DNA of 40,000 nt from assembly GCA_050847315.1 (NCBI GenBank), contig CP193791.1. The stretch is one strand, 5' to 3'. A model generated the notes under the pieces. That model searched no databases. It saw only the letters and a program-made list of their open reading frames with translations, and was not told the origin of the DNA. This document shows positions 1 through 8,132 of the stretch, piece after piece (positions within the stretch are counted from its first letter, which is position 1; each line of letters begins with the position of its first letter). This DNA comes from Enterobacter sp. TMH.L2 (GTDB lineage Bacteria > Pseudomonadota > Gammaproteobacteria > Enterobacterales > Enterobacteriaceae). Position numbers and translations under genes: made by a program.

Positions 1-1429
1 GATCACCGATTGTGCCTTTCGCCGCGCGCCCCATTTTCATCGGTACATCAGTGAGCTGATTCAGATCGTCATTGATGATTGCCTGACGGGTGACCGAGAA
101 GATCTCGCCAAAGGTGGCCAGCGCAATAGTTTCGCCTTTATCGCCGGTAGTGATGTACTTGTACTCTGCCCCTTCGCGAACCTGACGCAATGAAGGGAAA
201 CCACCCATACCAACGCGATGCGCGGTTTTAAAGTCGGAGAGTTGGCCTTTTTTGGTCCACTGTTCAAAGGTTTCGTCGGCTTCTTCCCAACCCAGCAGCA
301 GAGATTTATTCGCCACATCCAGCAGGATGTTTCCAAAGTCCGACGTGCTGTGCGTCAGTGCCTGGCCGACCATCTGCATCGGGTTAAGACTGGAAACGCC
401 AATCCCGCGCTCAGTCAGCGCCATACGGGCATATTCGCGCAGGGTCATGCCGTTGTAGATGTTATCGCTCTCCGACTTTTCATAGCCTGCGCGAGCCATC
501 AGCGCCTGGCGAATACCGTCGCCGACAAAGTTTCCGTTCCCGGCGTGAATGTGCGCGGCGCTGTTTTTGTTGGATGGGGTGCTGGATTTGCCCAGGGCGG
601 CCAGCAGCTGGTCTTTCGCCTTTTCAACGGTGCAATCCAAATCGGCCACGCAGCTGGCCTGCAGTTCGCTATGCTTACCACCAAACATGGCAAACAGGTC
701 GTTAATGCCGGTAACGCGAGCTTTTTGCTCGGCCATCACTTGCGCACGGATTGCGGTTTCGTCGACAGGATCAGGTGCGTTTACTGGCGCCTGAGCATTT
801 GGCTTCTGTGGATCACGCTGGACGGTGTTACGTGGTGGGGTGACCATGTTACGAATGCTGTTTGGCATTTTTTCAAATTCCTCAATACGTTTTGAATGGA
901 TACAGGCCATAGCCTGCAGAGCGGGGGTGGTCTGGTCAGCGAACCCCAGGGCGAGGCATTCAGCGCCATCCATCCAGGTTTCATCGTCCAGCATCGCGGC
1001 AATCTCTTCGGTGGTTTTGCCGGTCTTTTCCGCGTAGGCAGGGATCAGGACACTTTCAACCTTGTCCAGTAGATCGGCATAGTCGCGCATGTCGTTAGCA
1101 TCCCCTCCGGCAAAGCCCCAGGGCTTGTGGATCATCATCATCGTGTTTTCCGGCATGATGACCGGGTTACCCACCATGGCAATGACCGACGCCATAGACG
1201 CAGCAAGTCCATCGATATGCACCGTGATCGCCGCACCGTGGTGCTTCAGTGCATTAAAAATGGCGATGCCATCAAAGACATCGCCACCAGGCGAGTTAAT
1301 GTGAAGATTGATGTGGCTGACTTCACCGAGTGCTTTCAGATCGCTGACAAACTGTTTCGCCGTTACCCCCCAATAACCAATCTCGTCATAGATAAAAATA
1401 TCGGCATCCCCTGTGGTGCCGGCTTGCAT
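1..1429 (-). CDS. ClpP-family (S14) prohead protease fused to a major-capsid-like C-terminal region; partial, runs off the window
   Basis: Absent from the ORF track because it has no stop in the window. Manual translation from the ATG at 1429 gives MQAGTTGDADIFIYDEIGYWG...INLHINSPGGDVFDGIAIFNAL...GLAASMASVIAM...MMIHKPWG (ClpP INSPGG, Ser and His motifs). This continues into ...GNILLDVANKSLLLGW...ATFGEIFSVTRQAIINDDL. Lies directly downstream of the portal gene. Confidence 0.75.
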   Translation of the reverse strand, partial: MQAGTTGDADIFIYDEIGYWGVTAKQFVSDLKALGEVSHINLHINSPGGDVFDGIAIFNALKHHGAAITVHIDGLAASMASVIAMVGNPVIMPENTMMMIHKPWGFAGGDANDMRDYADLLDKVESVLIPAYAEKTGKTTEEIAAMLDDETWMDGAECLALGFADQTTPALQAMACIHSKRIEEFEKMPNSIRNMVTPPRNTVQRDPQKPNAQAPVNAPDPVDETAIRAQVMAEQKARVTGINDLFAMFGGKHSELQASCVADLDCTVEKAKDQLLAALGKSSTPSNKNSAAHIHAGNGNFVGDGIRQALMARAGYEKSESDNIYNGMTLREYARMALTERGIGVSSLNPMQMVGQALTHSTSDFGNILLDVANKSLLLGWEEADETFEQWTKKGQLSDFKTAHRVGMGGFPSLRQVREGAEYKYITTGDKGETIALATFGEIFSVTRQAIINDDLNQLTDVPMKMGRAAKGTIGD

Positions 1430-1439
1430 GCGAAACCAG

Positions 1440-2942
1440 CTATTTTTTACGCTGGCTTTCGGACGGTGGGCCGTCCTGTGGTTTAGCTTCGGCACTGGTG
1501 CCTCCTTTGTCGTTGGCGGGGTCGGTGTCATACACCAGTCCCAGTTCTTTGTTTTCGTCAATTTCGGCTTTTCGCCGGCTCTTCACTTCATCCGGGTTAC
1601 GCCCGCCGGCGCGTACCCAGTCAGATTCGGTCGCGGCGCCGCCCCGGATTTGGATTTTCCAGGCATTGGCCTCTTTCACCGGGTCAATCCATGGCATAAC
1701 CGGCCCCGAGTAAACCGCGCTATAGAGGGAATCCATATCTACACCGCGCGGAACTTTAATCTCGCCGCTGGCAATAGCCATTTTCAGCCATGCCCGGTAC
1801 ATGGGCCGGGTAACGGCGCCAATAAACCAGTCCTGCAGGATCAGATAACCGTCCGTCGACTCCACCAGCTCCTGCCGCTGCGCACTGTAGGTGCCGTTAT
1901 AGTTTCGTGAAGCGCTGGAAAAACTGAGCCGACTGCCCGCGGCAACAGCGCGGAGCTGGCCGTTTCGGAAGGGTTCAAGGTTGGGATTTGGCCGGTCGGA
2001 TTTAATCATCCCGATTTCTTCACCGGCTTGTAGCTCGTCGTACAACATGCCGGGTTGTATCTCCAGCTCTCTGTCACTCTCGCTTTTATCTTCCGTGTCG
2101 AAGCTCTGACCATCCCCCTTTTTGATGTACATCCCGAGGGCTGCCGCAATACGCGCCGCCGTCAGTTCGGAATCTTCATACTCTTTGAGAGCACTCAGGC
2201 GCATTAACACCCCTGAGAGCAACGACGTGCCGCGGGTCTGGTGCAAGCGGCGGGTAAATTTGAGGTGCAGCATATTGGCCGCGTCGATTTCTTTCGTATC
2301 CAACTGCCGGCCACCCACCGGGAGGCTTTTATAAACCTGATACGCCTTAGGCCGCCCCCAGTCGTCGACCACAATGCCCTGATTCAGCTTTTTTGCGGCA
2401 TCACTGGTCATTGGGACAAAATCAGGCTCCAGAGCTTCAAGCCAGAAAGGCACCCCGGCCACGGGAACCAGCCCTGTGGCGCTCCCCTGTACCAGTTGAG
2501 CAAAAACTTCCCCGTCACGGAGCCAGGTCCTCAGCATCAGACGTTCCAGCATGGGTCGGGTAAACTGTCCGGTAACCTCCGGCCTGACAGACCATTCTCC
2601 CCATTTCTTACGAATATCTTTCGCCAGTTTCTTGGCAACCGTTCCGTTCGTCAGCTTTGGGTGAGGGTCAACAACAATTCCTTTTGATCCCACCACCCGC
2701 TCTTCGAGCTTATCGAAGATGCCAATCACCAAGTCATGGTTGTTATCGAGCCAACGAGCCTGCTCCCGGAGCGACACATTCCCCATCTGGCTTAACTGGT
2801 CAGCCGTCCTGTTTTCCCGACGCGCTTTATGTGTTCGGGTAGGTGTTACCGCTTCATAAGCCTTGATCATGGCCCTGGCGCGCAGTCGCGCAGCTTTCCA
2901 GCCCGGCGAAAATGCGCCGATTACGTTATCCAGAATTGTCAT
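1440..2942 (-). CDS. Phage portal protein, lambda gpB family
   Basis: 500-aa ORF between gpW and the protease, as in lambda (A-W-B-C). N-terminus MTILDNVIGAFSPGWKAARLRARA... and size are typical of lambda-family portals. Confidence 0.9.
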   Translation of the reverse strand: MTILDNVIGAFSPGWKAARLRARAMIKAYEAVTPTRTHKARRENRTADQLSQMGNVSLREQARWLDNNHDLVIGIFDKLEERVVGSKGIVVDPHPKLTNGTVAKKLAKDIRKKWGEWSVRPEVTGQFTRPMLERLMLRTWLRDGEVFAQLVQGSATGLVPVAGVPFWLEALEPDFVPMTSDAAKKLNQGIVVDDWGRPKAYQVYKSLPVGGRQLDTKEIDAANMLHLKFTRRLHQTRGTSLLSGVLMRLSALKEYEDSELTAARIAAALGMYIKKGDGQSFDTEDKSESDRELEIQPGMLYDELQAGEEIGMIKSDRPNPNLEPFRNGQLRAVAAGSRLSFSSASRNYNGTYSAQRQELVESTDGYLILQDWFIGAVTRPMYRAWLKMAIASGEIKVPRGVDMDSLYSAVYSGPVMPWIDPVKEANAWKIQIRGGAATESDWVRAGGRNPDEVKSRRKAEIDENKELGLVYDTDPANDKGGTSAEAKPQDGPPSESQRKK

Positions 2943-3154
2943 TTAAACCTCGCCAGTCGGTAACCGGGCCGCCCCTGCTTTTTCTGATTCAGTGAAGAGA
3001 GGCGCCGCTCCCATTCCTGCCGCCCTTTTCGAATCTCGGAGAGGTTTTCCATCGTCATTTCCTGACCGTTAAACCGGATTGATTTTCCGTCCAGGACGGC
3101 CATTTCCGCCTGACTGTAGCGCTGGATCATGGCTTCAATATCGCTTTGGTTCAT
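2939..3154 (-). CDS. Head-tail joining protein gpW-like (71 aa from the internal ATG)
   Basis: Small ORF between TerL and portal. The ATG at 3154 overlaps the TerL stop (ATGA) and is preceded by GGAGG (3161-3170 on the complement). The track ORF start at 3178 lies inside TerL. Confidence 0.7.
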   Translation of the reverse strand: MNQSDIEAMIQRYSQAEMAVLDGKSIRFNGQEMTMENLSEIRKGRQEWERRLSSLNQKKQGRPGYRLARFK

Positions 3155-5256
3155 ACCCAGCCTCCTGAGGATTTCCATGGGTTAGCTTGTTCAGTTTTGG
3201 CGCGCTTGCGCCGTTCTTTTTTACTGGCTGGCTTAGCGATCGTTGCCGGGAGTGGCAGAGCGGCATCTTCCCCAGGTAAAGACTCAATCCATGTGTCCCG
3301 CTGCGCCCATTCAGGGGCATCCGGCCATTTGATTTTTTCGTAGCCGTGCAGGATCACCAGAGCATCCGCGTAAACCAGCAGGTCGAACGCTTCGTTCGCG
3401 CCCCGACCGGGCTTGCTCCACTTCCCGTCAACCGCCCGCTCCTCATAGGTCAGTTCTTCATAGAACCAGCTCCCCAGCCATGAGGGGAAATGCACATAGC
3501 CAGGACCAGGCGAATCACGCCAGAGCGCATTGTTCACACGGTCTTTCAGGGCATTGGTCTGCAGGAGGTAGAGCGGAACGTCACCGGCAGCCAGCGCGCG
3601 GCGGCCGGTTCGGTTAGTGTTATCAGGCATCGTGCGTTTAATGAGTTGAGCGCGGGTGGTACTGTCGCCTTTGAAGAGATAAACCTTTTTACCCAGCCCA
3701 TCCCGGCGACATTTCCGCCAGAATTTATAGGCGTTATCGGTCACCCCATCTTCGCCGCCAGAATCGACGCCCATCGCCATTAACCGCATGCCCTTTGTCG
3801 GGTCGGAGGCCAGTGGCCACGTTTTATTAAAAACGTCGGTCAGAAGCAGATCCCAGTCTTCGGGATAGCTTGCCGGATCAATCTGCAAGCTTTCACCGTT
3901 ACCATCGCAGCGTAGCGACTGTTTTATGTTGTACCTGTCCACCAGCCAGCGCTCCCCCATGGCACCATAACCGGTAATCTGGACCACAAAACGACGGTTT
4001 CGCCCGGCCTGTACGTCCACTGTCGCGGTCATGAAACAGACACCATCGGGAACACTTCGCTTAGGCACATCTTCAGCGCGCTGTTCCAGCAGCTCGCTTT
4101 TCCGTTGCTCCATGCTGGATCGCGGGAGGTATGGCCGACCAAAGTCGGTGTTTACCACTGTTTTTAACGTTTCTTCGCTGCGCGTGGCCTCATACTCTTG
4201 CTCAGCGGTAAGAAATTTATAAATCAGCTGCGCCCAGGTCTGATAAGCGGCTGCCGGGCCCTCCATCCAGAAGGAAGCAATGCGTGATCGCCGGCCTTCT
4301 CCCGATACGCCCCCGTCAGCATCAATACGTTGCCCGTCGCGGAGCCACACGCATTTCATGTTCAGGGAACGCTTCATATCCGGAGTGATTTTGCCTTTAC
4401 AGGCCGGGCACTGGAGCACCGCCGCCTCGCTGGCAGCGACAGGATCAGTTATTTCACGGTAGCCGGTCATGTTGTCCATTTCTGGCTGGAAATATTCCCC
4501 GCAATGCGGGCATGGCCAGTAAAGTCGGCGGCGATCACCGCGGTTGTATAGCGAAAGAATTCCTGTTGTGGGTGGGGCTTCATGTGGCGAACTACGGCGC
4601 CATTTCGTATCGCGCACATCACGCCCTGGGGAGCTTTCCACCAGTGTCATACCTGACGACATAAAAGTGGTGGTTCGCTTTGAGGCCAGGGAGAATGCAT
4701 CCCCCTCGCCGTCAATATCCTCCGGGAAGCGGTCGTAATCAGTGAGCGCCACGCTTTTATAATCAGAGGACGACATGATATTGACCGACGGCCAGCCCAG
4801 CTTCAGGTAGTTCCCGGCGCGGAAGGTGCGGTCATATACGTTGTTATCGTTTCTGCGCGGGCTTAACCGTGTTTTCACTTCCGGGCTACTGCGGAACGTG
4901 CGGTCCAGGCGCTTCTTCGAATGCTCGCGGGCCTTTTCCTCTGAAACCTGAATCACCAGCATATCTGCCGGGTCGCACACAATGTTGTAAACGATCCAGC
5001 CATCAATCAGGCCAATCGTTTTGCCCGTTCGCGCCGGGCCTACGAAAACAACCGCATCGTATTCTCGTGATGCCAGGCAGTTCATCGGTTCGATAACATA
5101 GGGAGCCAGATCAGGATCCCATGGAACGGAGTTACCTGCCCCCATAGGGACACGCATATAATAACTGACCGCCTCGGCGACCTCCATTCTACGCGGCGCG
5201 CGAAGGATGCCGGAAACATCGCGGCGGATACCACTTGCTGATGCCCGCTTAGCCAT
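3151..5256 (-). CDS. Terminase large subunit, lambda gpA family
   Basis: 701 aa. Walker A-like VFVGPARTGKT. Position between the Nu1-like gene and gpW. CPHCGEY...CPAC zinc-like motif as in gpA-type terminases. Confidence 0.92.
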   Translation of the reverse strand: MAKRASASGIRRDVSGILRAPRRMEVAEAVSYYMRVPMGAGNSVPWDPDLAPYVIEPMNCLASREYDAVVFVGPARTGKTIGLIDGWIVYNIVCDPADMLVIQVSEEKAREHSKKRLDRTFRSSPEVKTRLSPRRNDNNVYDRTFRAGNYLKLGWPSVNIMSSSDYKSVALTDYDRFPEDIDGEGDAFSLASKRTTTFMSSGMTLVESSPGRDVRDTKWRRSSPHEAPPTTGILSLYNRGDRRRLYWPCPHCGEYFQPEMDNMTGYREITDPVAASEAAVLQCPACKGKITPDMKRSLNMKCVWLRDGQRIDADGGVSGEGRRSRIASFWMEGPAAAYQTWAQLIYKFLTAEQEYEATRSEETLKTVVNTDFGRPYLPRSSMEQRKSELLEQRAEDVPKRSVPDGVCFMTATVDVQAGRNRRFVVQITGYGAMGERWLVDRYNIKQSLRCDGNGESLQIDPASYPEDWDLLLTDVFNKTWPLASDPTKGMRLMAMGVDSGGEDGVTDNAYKFWRKCRRDGLGKKVYLFKGDSTTRAQLIKRTMPDNTNRTGRRALAAGDVPLYLLQTNALKDRVNNALWRDSPGPGYVHFPSWLGSWFYEELTYEERAVDGKWSKPGRGANEAFDLLVYADALVILHGYEKIKWPDAPEWAQRDTWIESLPGEDAALPLPATIAKPASKKERRKRAKTEQANPWKSSGGWV

Positions 5257-5756
5257 CAGTCCTCCTCTGTTTCGGCCTCCTCTTCTTTTGCATCCAGGAC
5301 TTTTTGAGCCAACTGGTCACGTAAATCATCAATCACGCTCTGGACGCGAGAAACCGCTACCGGCGGCAGCGCGCAGTCGCGTTCAAGAATATCGGGAAGG
5401 GTTTCGAGCACCATGACGACGGCTTTTGCCATCAGTGAAAACTCTCTGGCGACCTCATCCGCAGGAATAAGCTGGCCAGTGTCTTGCTCAAACTTGAGCC
5501 TTTCATTTTCTGCTTTCCAGTGAGCCAGGCGGTCGGCCGGTGGCATATCCTCCAGATTGGTTGATACCGTCGGGATCATCAGTTCGGTCAGAATATCCGT
5601 GATGAGGTAGAGCTTTAATTTGCTGTTACTGCCCGCCGCGGGCTCTACATTTTTAAGCCGGGCGGCGACCGTCTGCCGGTGAACATCGGTGATGGCCGCC
5701 AGTTGGTTGATATTGAGTTTGAGAGAGGCAATTTCCTGGCCCATGATGGTGAACAC
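5256..5756 (-). CDS. Terminase small subunit, Nu1-like (N-terminal wHTH)
   Basis: 166 aa immediately downstream of the cos-like site and overlapping the TerL start. N-terminal LNINQLAAITDVHRQTVAARL HTH and an acidic C-terminus. The start could instead be the ATG at 5744. Confidence 0.75.
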   Translation of the reverse strand: MFTIMGQEIASLKLNINQLAAITDVHRQTVAARLKNVEPAAGSNSKLKLYLITDILTELMIPTVSTNLEDMPPADRLAHWKAENERLKFEQDTGQLIPADEVAREFSLMAKAVVMVLETLPDILERDCALPPVAVSRVQSVIDDLRDQLAQKVLDAKEEEAETEED

Positions 5757-5861
5757 TTTTTAAACGATTCGACATCTTTGAAAAATGGCCCTCATAAAAA
5801 ACAAGAACCTACCCACATGATGATGATGCCCATGGATCCGAAAAACTAGCCGATTCCCGCG

Positions 5862-5873
5862 AGCGCGCCGCCC
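5862..5873 (-). other. cosN-like cohesive-end site (GGGCGGCGCGCT on the minus strand)
   Basis: The minus strand reads GGGTCCT...CCACG GGGCGGCGCGCT CGCGGG. From memory, lambda reads GGGTCCT...TTACG GGGCGGCGACCT CGCGGG. Over the 20 nt starting at GGGCGG, 18 match. Located ~110 bp upstream of the Nu1-like start, as in lambda. Confidence 0.7.
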
Positions 5874-5957
5874 CGTGGCAGGCCACCCCGCCGGGAGGAC
5901 CCATGAATAATATTGATTATCATTACCATCAATCAAAGGCCGCCTGTGGTACCGCGC

Positions 5958-5988
5958 ATAAAAAAGCCACCAGCGGATGCCAGTGGCT
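5958..5988 (-). terminator. Rho-independent terminator (minus strand)
   Basis: The minus strand reads AGCCAC-12 nt loop-GTGGCT followed by TTTTTTAT. Lies directly downstream of the tRNA-like fragment. Confidence 0.5.
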
Positions 5989-5995
5989 AAGGGTA

Positions 5996-6027
5996 TGGTA
6001 ATCAGGGTGGGATTCGAACCCACACTC
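5996..6027 (-). pseudogene. tRNA 3' fragment (T-arm, acceptor 3' strand and CCA); no matching 5' half
   Basis: The minus strand reads GAGTGTGGGTTCGAATCCCACCCTGATTACCA: a GTGGG-TTCGAAT-CCCAC T-arm, then CCTGATT-A-CCA. The upstream 45 nt cannot form the acceptor 5' strand (AATCAGG is absent) or a normal anticodon arm. Confidence 0.45.
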
Positions 6028-6075
6028 TTGCAGTATTGGCCACGCGCACCACTGCTCGATGTAGCTTATGTATAG

Positions 6076-6456
6076 CTAGATAGATAAGACTCTTAACTTT
6101 AATTTAAACTGTTGTTCAGGATTTAAAACATCTGTAAGACGGAGAGTTTGCCCTTTTTTTAATGGAAGATCTGGGTAAAAGATGTCTCCGTCCTCATCAA
6201 TTAAGGATTGAGTAGACCTCTCTCCATGTAAATAATATTTTAGAACCTCACCTACATATAGCTTGATTTCATTCCCGCCAGGCTCTCCTGATAAGCTATA
6301 AGTATCGTTGTATCCAGTTTCCCTTTGAATTAATGTTGCTGCGCCACCAGAAAAATCGCCAAGATATTTAACCGTGACTTTATACTCAACCCCTAAGCAA
6401 AGCGTCAAACATTCACCATCTTTTTCTTCTGACATTGCTGCATAATTTTTACTCAA
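6076..6456 (-). CDS. Hypothetical protein, AT-rich moron between Rz/Rz1 and cos (126 aa, TTG start)
   Basis: The ORF begins with TTG, 6 nt after a strong AAGGAG. Visibly lower GC than its neighbours. No family recognised. Confidence 0.6.
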   Translation of the reverse strand: MSKNYAAMSEEKDGECLTLCLGVEYKVTVKYLGDFSGGAATLIQRETGYNDTYSLSGEPGGNEIKLYVGEVLKYYLHGERSTQSLIDEDGDIFYPDLPLKKGQTLRLTDVLNPEQQFKLKLRVLSI

Positions 6457-6551
6457 CGATGACTCCTTTTGATCTATATACGATGGCAGGAAAAGAGTAT
6501 TGAGGATATTGTTTAATGTTTCAATGACAGGATCATAAATTCGAAACGTAT

Positions 6552-7019
6552 TTAGTTACCACACTGCTTCTTAACATAGTCTTGTAGCCCTGCTATTTGC
6601 TTGTTGCTGGTTTCGATTCGCTCCCTGAGACGGAAATAATCCCGCTCAGCGGCGTCAGTAAGTCCGGGGCCGGTAGCATCATCCACGCCGGGGGCGCTGG
6701 TGGCGGCGCGCACTGGCTGGCAGGTAGCGTTGAGGCGCAGCCGCTTATCACCAGCAGCAACATCACGCTGCAGCTGCTCAATAGTTTGTTTGGCATCGGC
6801 CAGTTCCTGAGTATATTTCGAGTCCAGAGCAGCAACATCATGCTGGCGGGTCTGCATGTCGTTGATCGTTTGCTGGCGCTGCTGTGCCAACAGTTCCGCA
6901 TCATCCGCGCGCTTTTGCTCTGTCATATACTTGCGGTGATAATGATTAGCGGACCAGATAAGGGCACCAGCCAGGCTAACGACAAGCACGAAAAGAAGTA
7001 ATCGGTATCCAACTGTCAT
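6552..7019 (-). CDS. i-spanin (Rz-like)
   Basis: 155 aa with an N-terminal TM (LLLFVLVVSLAGALIW) followed by charged coiled-coil sequence. ATGA overlap with the endolysin stop. Contains an embedded +1-frame lipoprotein ORF. Confidence 0.85.
   Translation of the reverse strand: MTVGYRLLLFVLVVSLAGALIWSANHYHRKYMTEQKRADDAELLAQQRQQTINDMQTRQHDVAALDSKYTQELADAKQTIEQLQRDVAAGDKRLRLNATCQPVRAATSAPGVDDATGPGLTDAAERDYFRLRERIETSNKQIAGLQDYVKKQCGN
6593..6796 (-). CDS. o-spanin (Rz1-like lipoprotein) embedded in the Rz frame
   Basis: MPNKLLSSCSVMLLLVISGC has a lipobox (ISGC) and is followed by a proline-rich mature part (CAPPPAPPAW...). Entirely inside the Rz gene in another frame. An alternative start is the ATG at 6763. 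Confidence 0.75.
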   Translation of the reverse strand: MPNKLLSSCSVMLLLVISGCASTLPASQCAPPPAPPAWMMLPAPDLLTPLSGIISVSGSESKPATSK

Positions 7020-7531
7020 AAGCCATCCAAACAGAGCTGCTTCTCTGCACCACGGCGAGTGACCAAGCCAGTAAGCTTAACGCCGCCTCCGTACACCCAT
7101 CTCGAGAACTGCTCGCATGCCTGGGCTTCTTGCCCGCTGCGCAGCTGCTTAAACAGTGTCGATTTCTGCATTGCTCCACAACCAACGTTAAACGTGATCG
7201 AAGTGACCGCAGAAAACGTGTTGTCTGAAAGCTTTTTCCCGTTACCGTAGCTGTTCACGCAGCGCTCAGCGCTCATGATGTTCTTTTCCCAGTCTGCGGC
7301 TATCTGCTGGTCAGTCTTTCGCGTTCCGGGCTTCACGTCGTGTGTGTTGCCAATGCCGTCAGTAATCACGCCAGCTGGACAGACATAAGGATCACGGCGG
7401 CAGGATTCGGCGTTGCCGATTAACTCCAGACCGCGCTCATTCGTTCGCACATGGCCAGCACTTAAAATAATGGCGATGATTGCCCCAACTGAGCAGACCG
7501 CGCCGGCAGCCCCAACCTTTTTATTTTGCAT
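7016..7531 (-). CDS. SAR endolysin (T4-lysozyme-like, GH24)
   Basis: N-terminal weakly hydrophobic Gly/Ala-rich signal-anchor (GAAGAVCSVGAIIAIILSAG). AESCRRDPYVCPAGVITDGIGNT fits the E-8aa-(D/C)-5aa-T catalytic triad. Confidence 0.9.
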   Translation of the reverse strand: MQNKKVGAAGAVCSVGAIIAIILSAGHVRTNERGLELIGNAESCRRDPYVCPAGVITDGIGNTHDVKPGTRKTDQQIAADWEKNIMSAERCVNSYGNGKKLSDNTFSAVTSITFNVGCGAMQKSTLFKQLRSGQEAQACEQFSRWVYGGGVKLTGLVTRRGAEKQLCLDGL

Positions 7532-7829
7532 TGGCGCTTATCCTGTTAATTGCCTCAGTCACAACTTGAACGCTAGATGGGCGCTGTTCCGGTGGCAACT
7601 GGTGCGCATCTTCAAAATATTTTTCCAGTAGCTTTGTGCGCTTCTGCTCTTCACGTCGCAATCGCCATGCATCAAGGCGGCCGAAAATAAATGAGACCAG
7701 AGAGACCAGGACGCCTATTAATCCAAAAAGCATATAAACCACATCCTGAGTCGTGAAGCCTATCGCCGACGCAAACGCCGCTATCCAGGCAAAAAGCTGT
7801 GTAACAACATTGGACGTCTGATCATTCAT
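7521..7829 (-). CDS. Holin with two TM domains; possibly a pinholin, given the SAR endolysin
   Basis: 102 aa. Two hydrophobic helices (VVTQLFAWIAAFASAIGF, VVYMLFGLIGVLVSLVSFIF) and a charged C-terminus. First gene of the lysis cassette, overlapping the endolysin start. Confidence 0.8.
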   Translation of the reverse strand: MNDQTSNVVTQLFAWIAAFASAIGFTTQDVVYMLFGLIGVLVSLVSFIFGRLDAWRLRREEQKRTKLLEKYFEDAHQLPPEQRPSSVQVVTEAINRISANAK

Positions 7830-7870
7830 TTCAATGGTCTCTCACCTCGCTTCCTACGAGTGTTATGTGT

Positions 7871-7900
7871 TAAATAAAAATGCCACCCTAAAGGATGGCA
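7871..7900 (-). terminator. Rho-independent terminator ~40 nt upstream of the holin (tR'-like position)
   Basis: The minus strand reads TGCCATCC-TTTA-GGGTGGCA (8-bp stem including one G-U pair) followed by TTTTTATTTA. Confidence 0.6.
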
Positions 7901-8132
7901 CTTTGAATATGCATTCTCATTATTCATTCTGCACTGCATCAAAGTTTTTTAATTAACTTTGCAAAGTTCCTATTCCAAGATAAAAACCACCAGATTTAGT
8001 AGTGTTTTTATCTTTAAGCTTTGTGACAAAGTAACTATTCTTAGCAGATTACGATAACTTTTGCGTACGCGTTAGCTTTTTGTAATCTTAAAATACACAG
8101 CATGAAAATCCTAAAATGAATAAGAAGAGAAA

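Noticed and set aside
218-1910. Plus-strand track ORFs (218-895, 1127-1486, 1413-1910) across the head genes
   Set aside because: They are antisense to the continuous protease-capsid frame and to the portal gene. Their products are low-complexity, Arg/Gly/Val-rich shadow translations with no RBS context.
5760-6023. 87-aa minus-strand ORF spanning the cos region
   Set aside because: It runs through the cosN-like site, a terminator and the tRNA fragment. It has no RBS and an implausible His/Arg-rich product.
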